Assembly: GCA_951406725.2 (NCBI GenBank)
Contig: OX597841.1
Span: 12,214,001 to 12,278,000, forward strand
Direction: 5' to 3'
DNA: 64,000 bases
Origin: Octopus vulgaris
Lineage: Eukaryota
The first letter of the stretch is position 1; every line of letters begins with the position of its first letter. Below, piece after piece: positions 59,935 to 64,000 of the stretch. The translations under genes were made by a program, and so were the position numbers. Below the pieces are notes generated by a model. It was not told where the DNA came from. It saw only the letters and a program-made list of their open reading frames with translations, and made no database searches.

Positions 59935-60250
59935 TGTCCTTGTTGATGCTTTAATGTCTCACCGACAGCAATGGACGATTAACTGAGTTTAATGTCGTCG
60001 TTGTTTTGTGGTTTTAAAATGAAGTAAAACAGAGAAACCCATAAAAATTCCATCGTAAATCTTTTTCTTCTTCGCAGACAAGGTTGCCGCCATTCCAGGC
60101 GCAACGTTAAAGAGTGACACAACCAAGGGACATAACTGAGACGAGTTTTGTTTGTTTTTGGTTTTTAGAGACTGCTACTTTCCAAGGGACACAACTCTGC
60201 TATTCAACTACTTTTGTGACCCAATTTCGGGATCATCTTTGCGGTCACCT
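59935..60250 (-). promoter_or_regulatory. Probable USP24 5' UTR and core promoter region
   Basis: Repeat-free, CpG-retaining stretch directly upstream of the ATG; YY1-like GGAATGGCGGC near 60086-60096; duplicated CCAAGGGACAYAACT motif. The TSS cannot be located from sequence alone. Confidence 0.55.
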
Positions 60251-62783
60251 AGATTAAGTGTCATTTAGCGCTAGGTTTTCATTAGGAAAGATGATATCAT
60301 TTTATTAGCGTATTAGATCTGTCAGGTGAAAAGGAACAGTTTTTATAAGTAAATAAACCGTGAGAAGATTATGGAAATTAGTAAATAAACACGAGATATT
60401 CACAATCCTTCCATTATCGATCATATTAGAGGTCACTGGGGATATCCTCCAAAAATTTGGGGGAAACCCAAGACATTCATGGCCTGACCAACGGTAATGT
60501 TGGGGCTGAGATGCTGGAGCAATCAAACATCGTCGAATACTTTGATGAGGCAGGACACGAAAACGACTAACATTTCTTGTCATTTTAAAATGAAACAAAA
60601 CGAATAAACGTAATTTTTAAAAAAAGCTATGAATTCGTTACGGAGATATTGTTTCACATCACCTTCATTTTTTTTTCCAAGTTATATATTGTCAGGATTT
60701 TACAGACATATTTTTACTGGAGAAAAGAAGGAAAAAATACTAAAAGTACGAAACTCGAATTATTGAGTAAAAAAAAGAGCCATAACGACCTCACCAAGGA
60801 AACAAAGTAAACGTCAAAAATGTGAAGGGATTAAATAATAAATATGAGTGCAAAGTTGTTGCTGTAGAGAATGGCCAGCGACACTAACTGCAACAGCCAT
60901 TGCTCCTCATTTTTCATACAGGTTGCAGTTTGTTCTGATTTTATGGAGGATGTGAGAACAGCTGAGGTCTCAATGACAACCAGCATATGCTGATAGCGGC
61001 CAGTCAGGCTCCTTTCTCTTCTCTGTGTTACAGTAGGTGATACCCAGGTTTGCAACGAGGTTGGAGCTGAGGACATGGCACAAAATGTCATGTCCTAAAT
61101 CAGAGATCTGCCTCCCTCTTCCTGATTTCAGTGAATCTCTGAGATAGTTCTTACTGATTTCATACACAAAACAGGCTGCAGGATTGTTAAGGTTTGTAAA
61201 ACTTTCATGACTAAACCCTGCAAATCTTATTGGACAAGAATTCTCAAGGTGGGACATAGAACTGACTGGTGGGGGAGGAGGAGAATATTATTTTTGTGGG
61301 TTATGGGACTTCAAAATCAGGTGTGAGTAACAAGAAAACCTCTTTTCATCATATCTCACCTTCATCATTTAACATCTGTTTTCCTTGCTCACATTGAACA
61401 GTTTGACAGGATCTGTTGAACCACAGGGTTGCATCATGTCCTTGGCCTCGTTGCTCTTCCTAACACTGACCACTTTACAATGGACACTGGGAGCTTATTC
61501 TGTGCCACTGGCACTGGTAACTTACAAGACTGAGAAAGAACAAAAATAAAAGCCTCCTTGATTAGAAGTAGCTGAGGCAGAGAGAGATAGTTTATGCCAC
61601 CAAGAAGCAGAGGTGTTTCATTACAGAAAAGTTATCCTGTATTATATAAAGGCGGCTTAGAGTATCTGGAATAAGGTGCTAGAGCAAACCCTCAAATACT
61701 GGCAGTGGATCAGGAGGTGGGGAAGGCAGTTATAAGACTGTGAAGGGAAAGAGATGATTAGGGATGGAGCTAGATATAAATGTAGTGGGTAATGAACAAG
61801 AGTGAGGGTGCAGCCTGATGGACAGGGAGGAAGGGGTAAGATGAGAGAGACAATGGTTCAGGGCCGATAGATGAGGAAGTAGGGTATGATGATCAAAGTG
61901 GAGGAGTGGCAGGGAGGGAGATGTGGTAGATAAAGTTGGCTATAATGAATGGGCAAAGAAGTGGATAAGAGAAGGCCCTGAGAATGATAGCTGATATGAG
62001 AGATATTAAGATGAAGCAAGGTAGAGAAGGGGGAAATAGCTGGAGGCACGTGGGAAGGAATAATAATGAGAATGAGGGATGAAACAGTGACTGGTAACAG
62101 AAAGAGTCAGAAGGTGTAAGATGTTTCAAGGAGGAATGGATGTTGGGTAGGGAGATGAGATGTGGGAAATGCTTGACAGAGCAGAGTCCCATTTGCACAG
62201 GCAGAAACGAAGGACATCATTTTTGGTTTGATGGACGAGTTTTCTCAAGCAAAGTAAATCACCAATTATCTTGATCCTTTGTCATCTCCCCCATGACAAT
62301 CAGCATCTCAAGATCAACCTCCACTACTTTGTCCTATGTCTTCCAGAAATATATATATATATTAACCAAAATGTACAGTAAAATATACCATTTCAGCTGA
62401 TCTTACCAATCGGTTTCACACTAGGGGTTCAACAGAATGTTGGGTAACGGTCTGATTATGTAACCTTGCACTCTTCAGAGGTAGCACTTATAAAAATGAA
62501 ATATGGCAACTGCTCTCTTTTGTTGGAGGTGAATAGACACATCTGGTTTGTAGTTGCTATGAAAATGATGATGAAATGAATCAAGCAGGAAATTAAGTTA
62601 AGAGTTATGTCCCTTGATATCAAAAAACCATCATCTCTGGGGGTGGTTTTGTTGCAAGACAGCAAAGGTTTTCTGGAAAAAGTTTGAGCTTTTCTCTCAT
62701 GGTAACTACCGCAGCAAAATTTGTTCTGAAAGAACACCTGTGTTTAAGTGGGGATAAATATTACCACTTGATATGTGTGTGTG

Positions 62784-62816
<33 letters not shown>

Positions 62817-62933
62817 GTGTCAGGTAATGCTGAGTAAGTGCTATGGACAGATTATATAGTTAAGCTCCAGGTTCGGTGATTATGTGAATGAGGTGTCCAA
62901 CATAGGTCATACATCAGCATGCGTATATATAAA

Positions 62934-63304
62934 AAATTAACAGAATAAGATAAAAATCCAAGGCTGTGAAAGATTTCAGAACATTTATAAAGAGAAGGTC
63001 TTACAGCTGTTTCTGGGATATTTCATATATCCCTTCATCGAAGACAGTGTGAGAAAATGGTTAAGCAATAGTTATTCTAGATAAGATATGAAATAGAGAG
63101 TGAAGTGGAGGAATGAAAATCTCATGTTTATTTTCATTCCTCCACTTCATATCTTATCTAGAATAACTATTGCTTAACCATTTTCTCGCACCATCTCCGA
63201 TGAAGGGATATACAAAATATCCCAGAAACAGCTGTAAAACTTTCTCTTTATAAATGTTCTGAAATCTTTCACAGCCTTGGATTTTTATCTCATTCTGTTA
63301 ATTT
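62934..63304. repeat. Long fold-back (about 370 bp) in (TA)n context, Penelope-terminus-like
   Basis: Arms of about 180 bp are near-perfect reverse complements around a 9-nt loop at 63121-63129. Confidence 0.92.
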
Positions 63305-63332
63305 ATATATATAAATAAATATATATATATAT

Positions 63333-64000
63333 AGTGGCGTATGTACACTTTGTTCTCTTATATGTAAGTACACATTTTACAAAATCTTCTATCAGCCCTT
63401 TCACACTTATTCATTCATTCCACCCTTCGTTCTTTTGTTCCCCTCGCTCACATTTCTTTGCCTTCTCTCCTTACTCACTTTCCCTCCACTTCTTACTTCA
63501 CTGTATCCCTGTCAATTTTTCTCGCCCCTCCTTAATTCTTTTGTTCCTCTGCTTCTATTTTTCTCTCTCTTCTCTTCCCACATGACCGATCAGCCAGCCT
63601 GCGCTCTCTCTTTCTTGGTCTGACCACGGTCCAACCAACATCAATATTCTTCCCCGTGTTTGTGAAATTTTTGTATCTTTGCCTTAAGGCTTCATTTCCA
63701 TACATGCCAGCTTAATTCAATTCGTCCTTAGTCAAAAGACACCTGTTGTTATGTCCTGTTATTATTTCTATTGTATTTATATTTGTGTAACATTGGCCGT
63801 TTTTTCCATCCTTGTTTTCGTATACATTTGCTGCTTTCTTCCAAGGAATCTAATGCTCTTAGCTTAGTTCTTCCTTGGGGCTGGCCAGATTGGAGCAATC
63901 TCAAGAATAATCAGCCAAAATTGCAAGGATAATCTGGTTCTTGACTGAAGATAGAAAACTTCGAATGACCCATCCTTGTTTTCTTTGTATTGTCTATCTC
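63333..64000 (+). mobile_element. Second copy of the 32650-33575 family; runs off the right edge
   Basis: Colinear similarity to the reverse complement of 32725-33440, including the CT-rich block and the hammerhead-type motif. Confidence 0.75.
63885..63956 (+). ncRNA. Decayed pseudoknotted hammerhead (GAAA box changed to AAAA)
   Basis: CCAGAUU gga GCAAU-C^UCAAGAA ua AUCAG CC AAAAUUGC aaggau AAUCUGG UUCUUGA CUGAAGA UAGAA. Confidence 0.55.

Overview
Eukaryotic, AT-rich, repeat-dense DNA whose repeat landscape looks like octopus (inferred, not proven). The window holds the 5' part of one protein-coding gene on the minus strand, a USP24 ubiquitin hydrolase orthologue. I reconstructed 19 coding exons by hand (ATG at 59934 to the exon 19 donor at 137; 2409 nt, 803 codons, all GT-AG, phases consistent), and the gene continues off the left edge. 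The introns are filled with RTE LINEs and their (GAT)n-tailed 3' fragments, tRNA-derived SINEs, a hAT element with an 8-bp TSD, mariner and maT elements, TTAA MITEs, a Helitron, a HERO-like RLE retrotransposon, and Tx1, CR1 and Penelope-like debris. Most notable: a hammerhead-ribozyme catalytic core in a non-circularly-permuted, pseudoknotted strand order, braced by an extra 7-bp helix. It occurs in two unrelated element families (45340-45404 minus; 32746-32817 minus; 63885-63956 plus; partial copy 33529-33575), with different helix sequences but the same layout. Decayed minimal type I hammerheads of the Penelope kind and several inverted repeat pairs around USP24 exons are also present. All ribozyme calls are structural predictions read by eye and have not been tested.
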